A DNA stretch of 64,000 bases from positions 1,483 to 65,482 of IMG/VR virus record IMGVR_UViG_3300001200_000012. One strand, given 5' to 3'. The translations under genes were made by a program, and so were the position numbers. This document shows, one piece after another, positions 27,298-35,880 of the stretch; the first letter of the stretch is position 1, and each line of letters starts with the position of its first letter. The notes under the pieces are model-generated. The model saw only the letters and a program-made list of their open reading frames with translations. It had not been told where the DNA came from and searched no databases. Origin of the DNA: a virus.

Positions 27298-28378
27298 GAT
27301 TCACTCCGTCATCAGCCGCAGCAGCCCATTTATTATAGCGGCGTTGTATCCATTCTTCTCCGGCGCGCCGCCAATCGTTCTTGTCGGGCATCTGACGAAG
27401 AATTTCAAGAGCGCCTTCATAACGTTCGCGCCCCCGGTTCTTCTTGTAATGGCGGTGAGCATTCAACATTGGACGCGCTATCTTATTAAGGAATGACCAG
27501 TTAATGTCCGGCGCGTTAATATCCTCTTCAAAGAACAATCCAAGGTCTGTCGTAATAGATGCCAGGTCAGCGTCTTCCATCGGTCCGAACATCGGTTGTA
27601 CTTCAACGGAGCCTTCGCTGTACGGGTCCGTTGTCCAACCTACGGGCCAAGTATGGTCAACCAACTTACCATCTTCCTGCGGCATCGTTGAGTGGTAGCC
27701 GTGAAAGTTGTTACTGACTTGATAATACTTCCCAACCGGGACGCCGATACATTCTGCCATCAGCTCTTGAATGAAGCTGAAGTGGACAGCGTTCGCGCCG
27801 TAACAACCCCAAATAATATCGTTGGAACGATTGAACACAGTGAGGTCTAAAGCTCCGTTTACGATTGACGGGAGCATCATAAGATTACAGGGAACATCTT
27901 TGCCTTGTTCGTCCGCATACGCTTGGTCAACTGAAGCATCATACATTTGAATAGCAACGCGGCGGTCATCCGGGTTCGCCTTTAATTTATTGATAGCCCA
28001 AGCGAGCTGGTCACGCTGATGCGAAGCTCCCTTTGCGGCCTTGAACCATTTGCGCCAACGGTAGCCGTAAGCTCCGTGTTGGGTAACTCCCCCATCATCA
28101 GAGAAGTTCGCCATGTTCTTAACAATTGGTGTTAGGTGCTTCAACTCATTAGACCCGTACACCATCCATAGCGCTTCGATAAGGTGAAAGAATGGGTTGG
28201 CATCTCGCCAAGGGAAGAACAAGACGCGCTCTGAAGGCTTCTCATATGTTGTCGTGACGGGTCCGGGAATTAGCCGAACAGGTCCGTTGCGGCTATCGCG
28301 GTCCTGACCAAAGTCGATAAGGTCCCGAACAGCTGTTCCAAGTGCCCAGTGCACGTTGCGTGCTTGAATTAAATGCAT
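27281..28378 (-). CDS. thymidylate synthase family, probable dUMP hydroxymethylase
   Basis: DRDSRNG, GAYGYRWR, DVPCNL, NRSNDIIWGCYGANAVHFS, SNNFHGY; lies in the hypermodification cluster. Confidence 0.85.
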   Translation of the reverse strand: MHLIQARNVHWALGTAVRDLIDFGQDRDSRNGPVRLIPGPVTTTYEKPSERVLFFPWRDANPFFHLIEALWMVYGSNELKHLTPIVKNMANFSDDGGVTQHGAYGYRWRKWFKAAKGASHQRDQLAWAINKLKANPDDRRVAIQMYDASVDQAYADEQGKDVPCNLMMLPSIVNGALDLTVFNRSNDIIWGCYGANAVHFSFIQELMAECIGVPVGKYYQVSNNFHGYHSTMPQEDGKLVDHTWPVGWTTDPYSEGSVEVQPMFGPMEDADLASITTDLGLFFEEDINAPDINWSFLNKIARPMLNAHRHYKKNRGRERYEGALEILRQMPDKNDWRRAGEEWIQRRYNKWAAAADDGVNHEASS

Positions 28379-28932
28379 GATAATTTCCTTTGTTGGTGTT
28401 GTTTTCTAGCGCGTTCCGCTGCTGCTTTTCGTCTTTCGGGTGTCCAAGCTTTCTTACAAGCTTCACTTAAACGTTTCTTTGTTTCAGGCGTCCATACTTT
28501 ATCATAGGAACCTTCCAGCCATTTCTTCTTCAATCTTTTTGAATGAGCTTTCCTCCAGCTAGGTCTGTTAGCTCTACTCGAAGCTGATTTACTCATATTT
28601 TGTTTCGTCTCTTCAGAGTGTTTATAACCCAAACAGGAATTAGCTTTCTCCGTTAAATTAAATCCTGTTTCGCGAGATAGAGAATTCAAGTGTTTCATGT
28701 AAAATTCCTCACGTGAATTTAACAAGCCTTTAGTACATTCTTCAATCAGTTGGAAATTAAATTCAGTTTCTCCGTATTTATTCCAGGCGTTTTGAAGTCT
28801 TTTGTTGGGGTGTATATTAACTCGTAATTCAGCACGATGTTCGTTCCACCTTCGATTCACGTCAATTGATTGACCAACGTAAATACGTTTATTAATTAAA
28901 CATTCAATTTTATAAATACCACAAGCCATCAA
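28369..28932 (-). mobile_element. free-standing GIY-YIG homing endonuclease with NUMOD3-like repeat
   Basis: GIYKI...IYVGQS; GYKHSEETKQNMS; AT-rich; overlaps both neighbours. Confidence 0.85.
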
Positions 28933-29960
28933 TAACCCCGTCCCGCGACATACTTCGCTCTTGGGCGTCCATCACCTGACCTTACACGCATAATTTTATC
29001 GAACTCGCAGCAGCAGTTTTGGACGTCACTTAATTCAATATGGGGAACCCAATCAGCTTTATACGTATTTTGTGAATGGGATAATTCAATTAATTCCCTT
29101 AGACCATTTTGTTGGTTCAAAGGAGTATTTACGTCACGCCCGTATAATCTATTCAACCCTCTGCGAGAACCTGGACCAAGCGCAGTCCAAACCTCAATGT
29201 CCGCTGCGTTATTCAAATATCTTGAATGTCTTAAATCTGTTACAACTTGTCCCGCCATAAACGGACCCCAGCCAATATAACGTTTATCTTGCAACCAATT
29301 CCAAACGTCTTTTAATTCCGTGAATTCAGGAACCACATCACCAGGTCCCCTGTGAACTGGCATTGGTTTATCCATATCGGTAAACCGTTCACGGTCTTCC
29401 CAAAGACGCCCAAGGACAATCTTGGCGACATACTGCTGCTTAGTCCAGCTGTACCATTCTGCCTTTGGATTGCTTTCAGCTCGTATCATATACGCACCTG
29501 TGTAAACCTTTTCACCCGAAGCTTTGTAAGCGTCTAGTGCTGCACCTAAGTTGTCCAGAGAGAAGTCGCTATGAGAAGGCCAAGCTCCCGGCGTGTCTAT
29601 TAAGTGCTGAAGCGTCCCAGGCCAGTTAATCGTTCGGGCTATCGCAAGCATAAACCAAAGATGTTCGTGGTCCGCAAACGGCTCCTGAATGTTCTTCCTA
29701 ATCCAGACTGTTACGCGGTCCAACTCCCGGAAGACGTTACAGAAACGATATGTCTTCATGACTTCATCGTGAGTGAATGGAGCGCTGATGTTTCTATTAT
29801 TAGCGAAGTGGTGAGGGTCGCACTGTTCGTAATCAACCTTATCGTTGAAGCCGTACATCTCACCTATGTCACCACCTTCGCGCAGATATTTGCGAATGTA
29901 TATTGCGTGGCGTTCGTTTACGAAGTCCCAGAACTCTTTAATGTTGGGTGGCGCTGACAT
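28929..29960 (-). CDS. aGPT-Pplase clade 1 family, probable 5-hmdU DNA kinase
   Basis: ERHAIY, YRFCNVFRELD, YTGAY, GWGPFMAGQVVTD, GPGSRRGLNR, QNCCCEFDK. Confidence 0.85.
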   Translation of the reverse strand: MSAPPNIKEFWDFVNERHAIYIRKYLREGGDIGEMYGFNDKVDYEQCDPHHFANNRNISAPFTHDEVMKTYRFCNVFRELDRVTVWIRKNIQEPFADHEHLWFMLAIARTINWPGTLQHLIDTPGAWPSHSDFSLDNLGAALDAYKASGEKVYTGAYMIRAESNPKAEWYSWTKQQYVAKIVLGRLWEDRERFTDMDKPMPVHRGPGDVVPEFTELKDVWNWLQDKRYIGWGPFMAGQVVTDLRHSRYLNNAADIEVWTALGPGSRRGLNRLYGRDVNTPLNQQNGLRELIELSHSQNTYKADWVPHIELSDVQNCCCEFDKIMRVRSGDGRPRAKYVAGRGY

Positions 29961-30243
29961 TGCTTGCTCCCGCTATAACTTCTCTCAATTCTTGAACAAG
30001 CGTATTGCCCAAAGCGATACGGCCACCCTCACTTAGATGAGGCGTGCTTTCTAGCATGCGTGGCACCATCTTGAAGAACAACCAAATGGTTGCGGCATGC
30101 GGCTCCATACCCGGAACCGCGTCACACAACGCCTCAACCTCATCCGTTCGGATTAGAGCGTTAGCAAAGAGTGCGTTGAACCGCTCCTCAAATAGCTTGA
30201 CGCCATCGGTGATTATCTTTTCATCAACTTCAGCCATTAGCAA
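29938..30243 (-). CDS. hypothetical protein
   Basis: Tiles between the two kinase genes. Confidence 0.55.
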   Translation of the reverse strand: MLMAEVDEKIITDGVKLFEERFNALFANALIRTDEVEALCDAVPGMEPHAATIWLFFKMVPRMLESTPHLSEGGRIALGNTLVQELREVIAGASNVSATQH

Positions 30244-30851
30244 TCACCTAGTAAATATTGAGGTGAGCCTGACAGTATGTCGCGAACCGCTTCCACGGCG
30301 GCGTCCCCGTGAGGTATTCCGTAAACCTTGAGACCTGCTTCAATCATCTTGTCCCGGCGGCGGCGTATGCTTTTCCATTTTCCTTCAACCTGGTCCACTT
30401 TAATATCGCGAACCTTCCCAGACGCTTCTTGGCGTGAACGGATATTCTTGAGACACTGCTCAAGTGGCGTGTCCAGATAACCAAAGCGAAGGTCAACGCC
30501 TTCTTCCTTGGCCCAGTCATGATAGCGTTGAAAGATAGTCGAAACAACCACACCTTCGAATATGACATGGGCGTCCGGGAATTTCTGTTGAGCGCCTTCA
30601 GTCGCCTTACGAACAAGGTCTTGAGTTGGGACGCCATCGCATCCCCCAGACGCAACGCCGGGACGATAGGGACCCACCGCAATAATTTTCTGGCCGTTAG
30701 GAAGCGTGCCCCCCACACCTTCAACGAACTTCCGGCGGTCCTTCTTGTCTTGGTACTCGCAGAGGTCAATTGGATTGTAGTCTGGTCCGGTGAGCGCTCT
30801 CGCAAGCGTGGTCTTACCGGACCCATTGGTGCCTGAAATGTTTAACAGCAT
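30237..30851 (-). CDS. P-loop kinase of thymidine-hypermodification clusters
   Basis: Walker A ISGTNGSGKT; GGCDG; IFEGVVVS; LDTPLEQCL; SD at 30857. Confidence 0.8.
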   Translation of the reverse strand: MLLNISGTNGSGKTTLARALTGPDYNPIDLCEYQDKKDRRKFVEGVGGTLPNGQKIIAVGPYRPGVASGGCDGVPTQDLVRKATEGAQQKFPDAHVIFEGVVVSTIFQRYHDWAKEEGVDLRFGYLDTPLEQCLKNIRSRQEASGKVRDIKVDQVEGKWKSIRRRRDKMIEAGLKVYGIPHGDAAVEAVRDILSGSPQYLLGDC

Positions 30852-30877
30852 GTTATCTCCTTTTCTCAAATATGTAT

Positions 30878-32392
30878 TTAGACTTTATCCCCGGCGGGGG
30901 CAACTGGTAAGAAGTGATTAAACTCCGAAGCTGTTGATGAAACTTTTGTCCACTCATCGCAACCCTTACGAATTTCATTCAAGTCGTTGTAGAGCGGATA
31001 GTGTCCGTTCATATGAGACTTCCATTTACAAAGAACCGTCTCAACTTCTTGAAAGCCTATTGAACGGTCATAGAGCGGCGGGGCTGCGTGTTCTTCGAAG
31101 TGTGAGCGAAGGTGAGCAACAACTTCATCAATTGCTTTCTTCTCATCCTTCAACTTCATCCCATCAGGTATTCCCGCGCGGTCCCGGTATAGTTTCAATG
31201 CGGCCTTCTTCGGGTCTTTAAACATAAAGACATCTGATTGTTCAAAGTCAATTGGAGCGATTGCAAGACGTTCTAACATATCAGCTATCTTGAACGCTAT
31301 CCAAGGACCAAATCCCTTGAAAGTCATCGCACGATTATAGACCTTTGAATATTCAGTCTCCATCAATATTTCAGTTCCGTTCGGACCTTGTGTTTTACTT
31401 TCACTCAACATTTGAATTATCTCCCTTGGGGTTCCAAAGTCCCGGAGAGATTTAAATGAAGCAATCGCATTAGCTCCGCGCCAGTGCCGTCTTTCAGCAG
31501 CTCTAGGCCACCGTCCACCCAAAGGAGTTTCAGTGTCATTATGCGCGGCAAGTTCTAACATACCCCAGAAGTCATCCTGTTCGGATAAGTAAGATGCTAC
31601 GCCGGGATGGTACAAGCACCAATAAGCGATAAGCCAGTTGGCTAGTTTGTCCTCATCCATCTCCATCTTATGAAGTGCGATATAGACCGGGTCCAGGTCC
31701 CCGGAGCTGATTAGTTTTTCTCCGAAGTCCTCTATACTTAATTTTTCGTATGTCATATAAACGCTTTCTTTTCCATGAGTGATTGTTTTGTATTCCCCTT
31801 TCTCTAATTTACCAGGTTTTGGGTAAGGTAGTTCTTTCGTTTTCAAAATTTCTAGACAACGAGATTTGGAAAGTAATCCTGGCATAAGGTAACGGTATTT
31901 CGTTTTGGGTATATAGGCACTCCATTTCGGAAACTTTCCTAGAATGATGGGAACAGATTGTGTTCCATATCTTGCGTAAACAGTTCTGGGGTGAATATGA
32001 TTCCCTAGTTCATCTATAAAAGTTCTATTACATCCAGATTTCTGTTCTGTGAATATCCAATTAGTTGCTTGATAAATACCTCCATGATGGGCTTGGTTGG
32101 GGTCAGCCCAAGAGAGAATAGCCGGAACATTCTTTCTCATAATCTTCAAAGTTTTTGCTAGGAATTGCGAAAGGATGAAATTAGAATTTTCTGATTTCAC
32201 TAATCTTCGTAACTCCACCCAATCCTTGGGAACGTGCCTAGAGACACAAGGGCCGTAACACGCCGCAGCTACACATTCATCATCTATAAACAATCCATAA
32301 TTTATTGTCACATTTGAAGGCAAATTTTTACTGTAGTGAAAATTTTCTACTAAGTATTTTGCTGTGTTTATATCTACAAGCCGAATATCCAT
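30878..32392 (-). CDS. fusion: N-terminal Mom-like GNAT domain plus C-terminal amino acid:DNA transferase (aGPT-Pplase clade 2)
   Basis: aa ~1-212: FHYSK, ELRRL, LSWADPNQAHHGGIYQATNW; aa 213 on: GDLDPVY, WPRAAERRHWRG, GFGPWIAFKIADM, QEVETVLCKWKSH; no stop between them. Confidence 0.8.
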   Translation of the reverse strand: MDIRLVDINTAKYLVENFHYSKNLPSNVTINYGLFIDDECVAAACYGPCVSRHVPKDWVELRRLVKSENSNFILSQFLAKTLKIMRKNVPAILSWADPNQAHHGGIYQATNWIFTEQKSGCNRTFIDELGNHIHPRTVYARYGTQSVPIILGKFPKWSAYIPKTKYRYLMPGLLSKSRCLEILKTKELPYPKPGKLEKGEYKTITHGKESVYMTYEKLSIEDFGEKLISSGDLDPVYIALHKMEMDEDKLANWLIAYWCLYHPGVASYLSEQDDFWGMLELAAHNDTETPLGGRWPRAAERRHWRGANAIASFKSLRDFGTPREIIQMLSESKTQGPNGTEILMETEYSKVYNRAMTFKGFGPWIAFKIADMLERLAIAPIDFEQSDVFMFKDPKKAALKLYRDRAGIPDGMKLKDEKKAIDEVVAHLRSHFEEHAAPPLYDRSIGFQEVETVLCKWKSHMNGHYPLYNDLNEIRKGCDEWTKVSSTASEFNHFLPVAPAGDKV

Positions 32393-32395
32393 GAG

Positions 32396-32608
32396 TCATC
32401 CCGCCTCACGAACGAGAACAGCACTCAATTTCATTCTCTTTAGTTCTCCGTTGTTGAACCAAATACAGAGCAAGTCGTCATCACCCCAAGTTTCTTTCTC
32501 CGGGTCACCTTCTGCAATATCTTTTTTAGATGCTATTGACACAGTCATTCGTGGACCGCCTGATTTCAGTTCAACGGTATCGCCTTTTGCGAATGTTGTT
32601 TTAGCCAT
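32396..32608 (-). CDS. YodC/DUF2158 family protein
   Basis: FAKGDTVELKSGGPRMTV...CIWF. Confidence 0.8.
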   Translation of the reverse strand: MAKTTFAKGDTVELKSGGPRMTVSIASKKDIAEGDPEKETWGDDDLLCIWFNNGELKRMKLSAVLVREAG

Positions 32609-32622
32609 TGTGTTCTCCTTTT

Positions 32623-34023
32623 CTAAATATCTAACACAGTTGATTTTTTAGGTGCGTCATATACACCCACTTTATAATCCTTGAGCTTCAGCGCCGGAGC
32701 AGACCCGAATAATTCAGAACCGCAACGCGGCTTCCCGCCGTTGTCTTCAGCGCACGAGAGGCAACCCGTAGGGGCACACTCCTCGACTTCCCGGAACGGT
32801 TGGTCAAGACTATCGCGCGTAAACATAGGGACGCGCTGGCCGTGACATTGGTCAGACGTCATAAAGTCTTTTCCGATACTGACGCCAACCTTGCTTGTAA
32901 TCTCTCCTTGGGCGTCACGCTTGTATTTATATTCATAGCAAGTCGAATAGGTTAACCCCAGGCGCGTTGCGGCGTCCCGGAATATAGGATGAGCCGCCAA
33001 GCGATACTCCTCATCAACGGTTCTCTGTCCACCCATATTATCAACGAATAGCTCTGCAAACGCTGCTGCGCGGTTCGCGCCGAAACGCTTTGTGATACGC
33101 TCCACCATAGTAGGTGCCCATGAGTAACCCGCCTCAACGAACTTCGTGATGACGTGATTAGCTCCAGCGTCTTTCAACATACCGAATAGCTCAACAATCT
33201 CTTCATTTGTTGTCACTCCAGCAATAATAGGATTGACTTGAATTGAGACGTAAATGCCTGCCTTAGATAGCGCTCTAATCTCGTTGAGGTGGTCTTCCAG
33301 AGACAGCGCACCGGGTGAGAGCTTCTTCCAGTCTTGGGCGTCTGGTGTATTGATTGACTTCTGGGCGTAGCTGTATTGATTTTGTTTTAACTGGTCGAAA
33401 GCCCAACCAGGGTAGCGGTTCCGCGACAAGAAGAAAACTGGCAAGCCGCGATTGACGAACTCTTGAGCCGCCTGTTGCGTGTTGTGGTAATAATCCTCAA
33501 TCGGTAAGAAGGGGTCAGTGAAGCTGCTAAAATATCCGGCGGCGCTAGTCTTCATTGTATCCAGTTGCTTCCCTACCTGCTCGCCGTAATTTAGTGGCAC
33601 GGTAATGAGGCCAGAGCCGCGATAGCCCCTGAACCCGGAGTTGATATAGCAGAAGGCGCAGCCCACCGTACAATATCCACCATACGGCTCCGTCAATACG
33701 GCGTCCGTGAAACAGGGGCGGGGGCGCTTACGTCCCGTGGGGTCGTCCTTCGCTTGATACCAACCTTGTAGCTGCTTCGCTTTTGAGATACGAATATGGG
33801 GGAGTGGGTCAAGCCAAATCTCAACTTCCTTCTTCTCCTTAGCGTTGCGGACCATTCCAATTAGTCCAGTCCGCTTGCGCATAGTTCGTCCGGTGAATTC
33901 ATCCTCAACGGTCTCAATCGGTCCCAGGCCTTCTTTCGGCTCTGGGCGCATGAAATATTGATACTTGTCTGCGGCGGGTTCCTCACCCTTCAGTTCATCT
34001 GCTAACCAAGCTGCGTGGTCCAT
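32623..34023 (-). CDS. radical SAM enzyme (candidate glycyl-thymine isomerase)
   Basis: CxxxCxxC motif CTVGCAFC; position in the hypermodification cluster. Confidence 0.85.
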   Translation of the reverse strand: MDHAAWLADELKGEEPAADKYQYFMRPEPKEGLGPIETVEDEFTGRTMRKRTGLIGMVRNAKEKKEVEIWLDPLPHIRISKAKQLQGWYQAKDDPTGRKRPRPCFTDAVLTEPYGGYCTVGCAFCYINSGFRGYRGSGLITVPLNYGEQVGKQLDTMKTSAAGYFSSFTDPFLPIEDYYHNTQQAAQEFVNRGLPVFFLSRNRYPGWAFDQLKQNQYSYAQKSINTPDAQDWKKLSPGALSLEDHLNEIRALSKAGIYVSIQVNPIIAGVTTNEEIVELFGMLKDAGANHVITKFVEAGYSWAPTMVERITKRFGANRAAAFAELFVDNMGGQRTVDEEYRLAAHPIFRDAATRLGLTYSTCYEYKYKRDAQGEITSKVGVSIGKDFMTSDQCHGQRVPMFTRDSLDQPFREVEECAPTGCLSCAEDNGGKPRCGSELFGSAPALKLKDYKVGVYDAPKKSTVLDI

Positions 34024-34277
34024 TATTTCATCCTTTGTTTTATTTTCATTTCACCAAGAGCAGTTCCAACCATCATTTTGAGAACATTCATAGCCGCCGA
34101 TTCAAACTCATAATAACTTACCGTTTTCATCACTGACTTCTCGCCCAGTTCTATCTTAATATGGAACGCGGTGTTGTCGCATATAATAGAACCTTTTGGC
34201 CAACCCGGAGATTGATTTAATGAACCATTTAGAAGTTCAGAAGCGTCCGTTAAATATTGTATCAACCTATCAGCCAC
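34023..34277 (-). CDS. hypothetical protein
   Basis: Tiles between the PLP and rSAM genes; AT-rich. Confidence 0.5.
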   Translation of the reverse strand: MADRLIQYLTDASELLNGSLNQSPGWPKGSIICDNTAFHIKIELGEKSVMKTVSYYEFESAAMNVLKMMVGTALGEMKIKQRMK

Positions 34278-35116
34278 AACAAAGCCTCTCCATGACGTTC
34301 CCGGCCTTGCTCATTCCACCAGTTGATAGCTTTCATATCGTAGTAGTGATTGGCAGGAAAAGGTAAATCAATGATGTTCTTAGATTTGTCTTTGTAGTTG
34401 TAACCTTCATCAATCAGGCTTATAGCGTCACCCCGAAGACCTTTGACCCCGTGTTGAACGCTGATGTATTTCTGAATGGCGTCCCGGCTCCGGGAGTAAC
34501 CCATATGGAGTAGGAATTGCGGCAGGGTCTTTACAGACGCGCCTTGTGACTCATAGAACTGTGCGAAGCCGCGAATTACTCCGGCGGCGATTGTAGCAGA
34601 GCTGACAGAGATAAGAACGGGGCGAGATATTAAATCAGTCACAGCGCCTTCAAGCGTCACCATAACTTCCTTGGCAGTCTCCTCAACCATCTCCGGGAGC
34701 TTCAGCGCATTGGGCATCATGTAATGAGTCCCTTCAGCGTGATTCTCTCTCAAGTGTTTCTTAGCACCGTGATATAGTACGGCAGAACGTCCGGCGGGAA
34801 GCCCAACCAGTTTAGCGCCTAATGCAAGCGAAAATTCTTGCGGCTCTCTATATCCCGGTTCATATTTATACTCCGGGTAATAGTTGACGCATTGCTTGCC
34901 TAGAAGGTGACAGGCGGCAGCTACGGCTTGACCGCCTTGGCTGTGGTATGTATCCAACACGCCGATAATCTTTTCAGAACGCTTCTCAATATGAGCGTAC
35001 ACGCCCCGCGTCTTACTGAACGGGGGACCCGGCGGTGGGCATGAAAGGTCTTCTCGCTTGACCAGTAAGCCAAGCGAGCTAAGATGATTTTCAACGGGAG
35101 TGTTATGTCGCAGCAC
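34262..35116 (-). CDS. PLP-dependent enzyme, fold type II (candidate decarboxylase of the modified base)
   Basis: TPVE...VKREDL...FSKTRG; SVSSATIAAG; YDMKA. Confidence 0.8.
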   Translation of the reverse strand: MLRHNTPVENHLSSLGLLVKREDLSCPPPGPPFSKTRGVYAHIEKRSEKIIGVLDTYHSQGGQAVAAACHLLGKQCVNYYPEYKYEPGYREPQEFSLALGAKLVGLPAGRSAVLYHGAKKHLRENHAEGTHYMMPNALKLPEMVEETAKEVMVTLEGAVTDLISRPVLISVSSATIAAGVIRGFAQFYESQGASVKTLPQFLLHMGYSRSRDAIQKYISVQHGVKGLRGDAISLIDEGYNYKDKSKNIIDLPFPANHYYDMKAINWWNEQGRERHGEALLWLIG

Positions 35117-35792
35117 GATGGTCTTCCGCTTCGATTAACATGATGTGAGTGCCGTTGAACTTTAAGCCGTAACCCTTCTGGGAGACGAAAAGATAATTCA
35201 ACTGGGACCACATATTTGAAGGCGTCCACTTCACGTTTGCGTTCGGTGAGAATGCGTTAGTGTCTTCACAGAACTTCTCTGCCGTTACACCAACGAGATT
35301 TCCTGAACGGGTCCGCGTCAATAGCTTCATCATCTTCTCCTGAAGGGAGTTTTTGCGGGGAGCGTAAGATGTCTTCCCCGGCGCGGTGTACTTCTCACGC
35401 CGCCAGCGTTCTTTCGGAACGGGCTTGCCTGCTACAACGGGAGACGGACGAACGCCGCTTTGTTGTTTAGGCTTCTTTGCATTCTTTCCGACAACCGTGA
35501 CGTTAATTTTCTCGCCGCCTTCTTGAAGGCCGGAAAGGTTAACACACATGCTATCGAACCGCTTAAAAGCTGCGGCCTTTGTCGCGAACCTATTGACTGT
35601 TTTAAATAGTTCCGGTTCTTGTTCAGCAACGACATTCCACGCCGCTACTAATTCAGACGCCGCGAAGTGTTCCGCGTTAGAAGCGTCAATAACTACGCCG
35701 TTATTCTCGTTCGCAAAATTAACGGCTGATAACATATCGTGCGCGAACACGACACTAAGTGACGCAGCTGCGCCTATAAGAATTGCTTTCAT
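35103..35792 (-). CDS. hypothetical (possibly DNA-binding) protein
   Basis: Strong SD and upstream promoter; basic central region. Confidence 0.65.
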   Translation of the reverse strand: MKAILIGAAASLSVVFAHDMLSAVNFANENNGVVIDASNAEHFAASELVAAWNVVAEQEPELFKTVNRFATKAAAFKRFDSMCVNLSGLQEGGEKINVTVVGKNAKKPKQQSGVRPSPVVAGKPVPKERWRREKYTAPGKTSYAPRKNSLQEKMMKLLTRTRSGNLVGVTAEKFCEDTNAFSPNANVKWTPSNMWSQLNYLFVSQKGYGLKFNGTHIMLIEAEDHRAAT

Positions 35793-35837
35793 TGGGTTCT
35801 CCTTTTCTCTAAAAGCTGAAGCGAATTACCACTTCAG

Positions 35838-35872
35838 CTTCTCCCTTAAACTACAACCGGGGATAAGTCAAG
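35838..35872 (-). promoter_or_regulatory. putative promoter with TTATCCCCG box heading the modification operon
   Basis: Minus strand TTGACT followed by tatccccgg; the -10 is weak; followed by hairpin aagctgaag/cttcagctt. Confidence 0.5.
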
Positions 35873-35880
35873 TGTTTATT

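Noticed and set aside
28369-28932. Group I intron carrying the GIY-YIG
   Set aside because: Flanking genes are complete, and the endonuclease overlaps their ends, leaving no intron core; the same holds for 39045..39578
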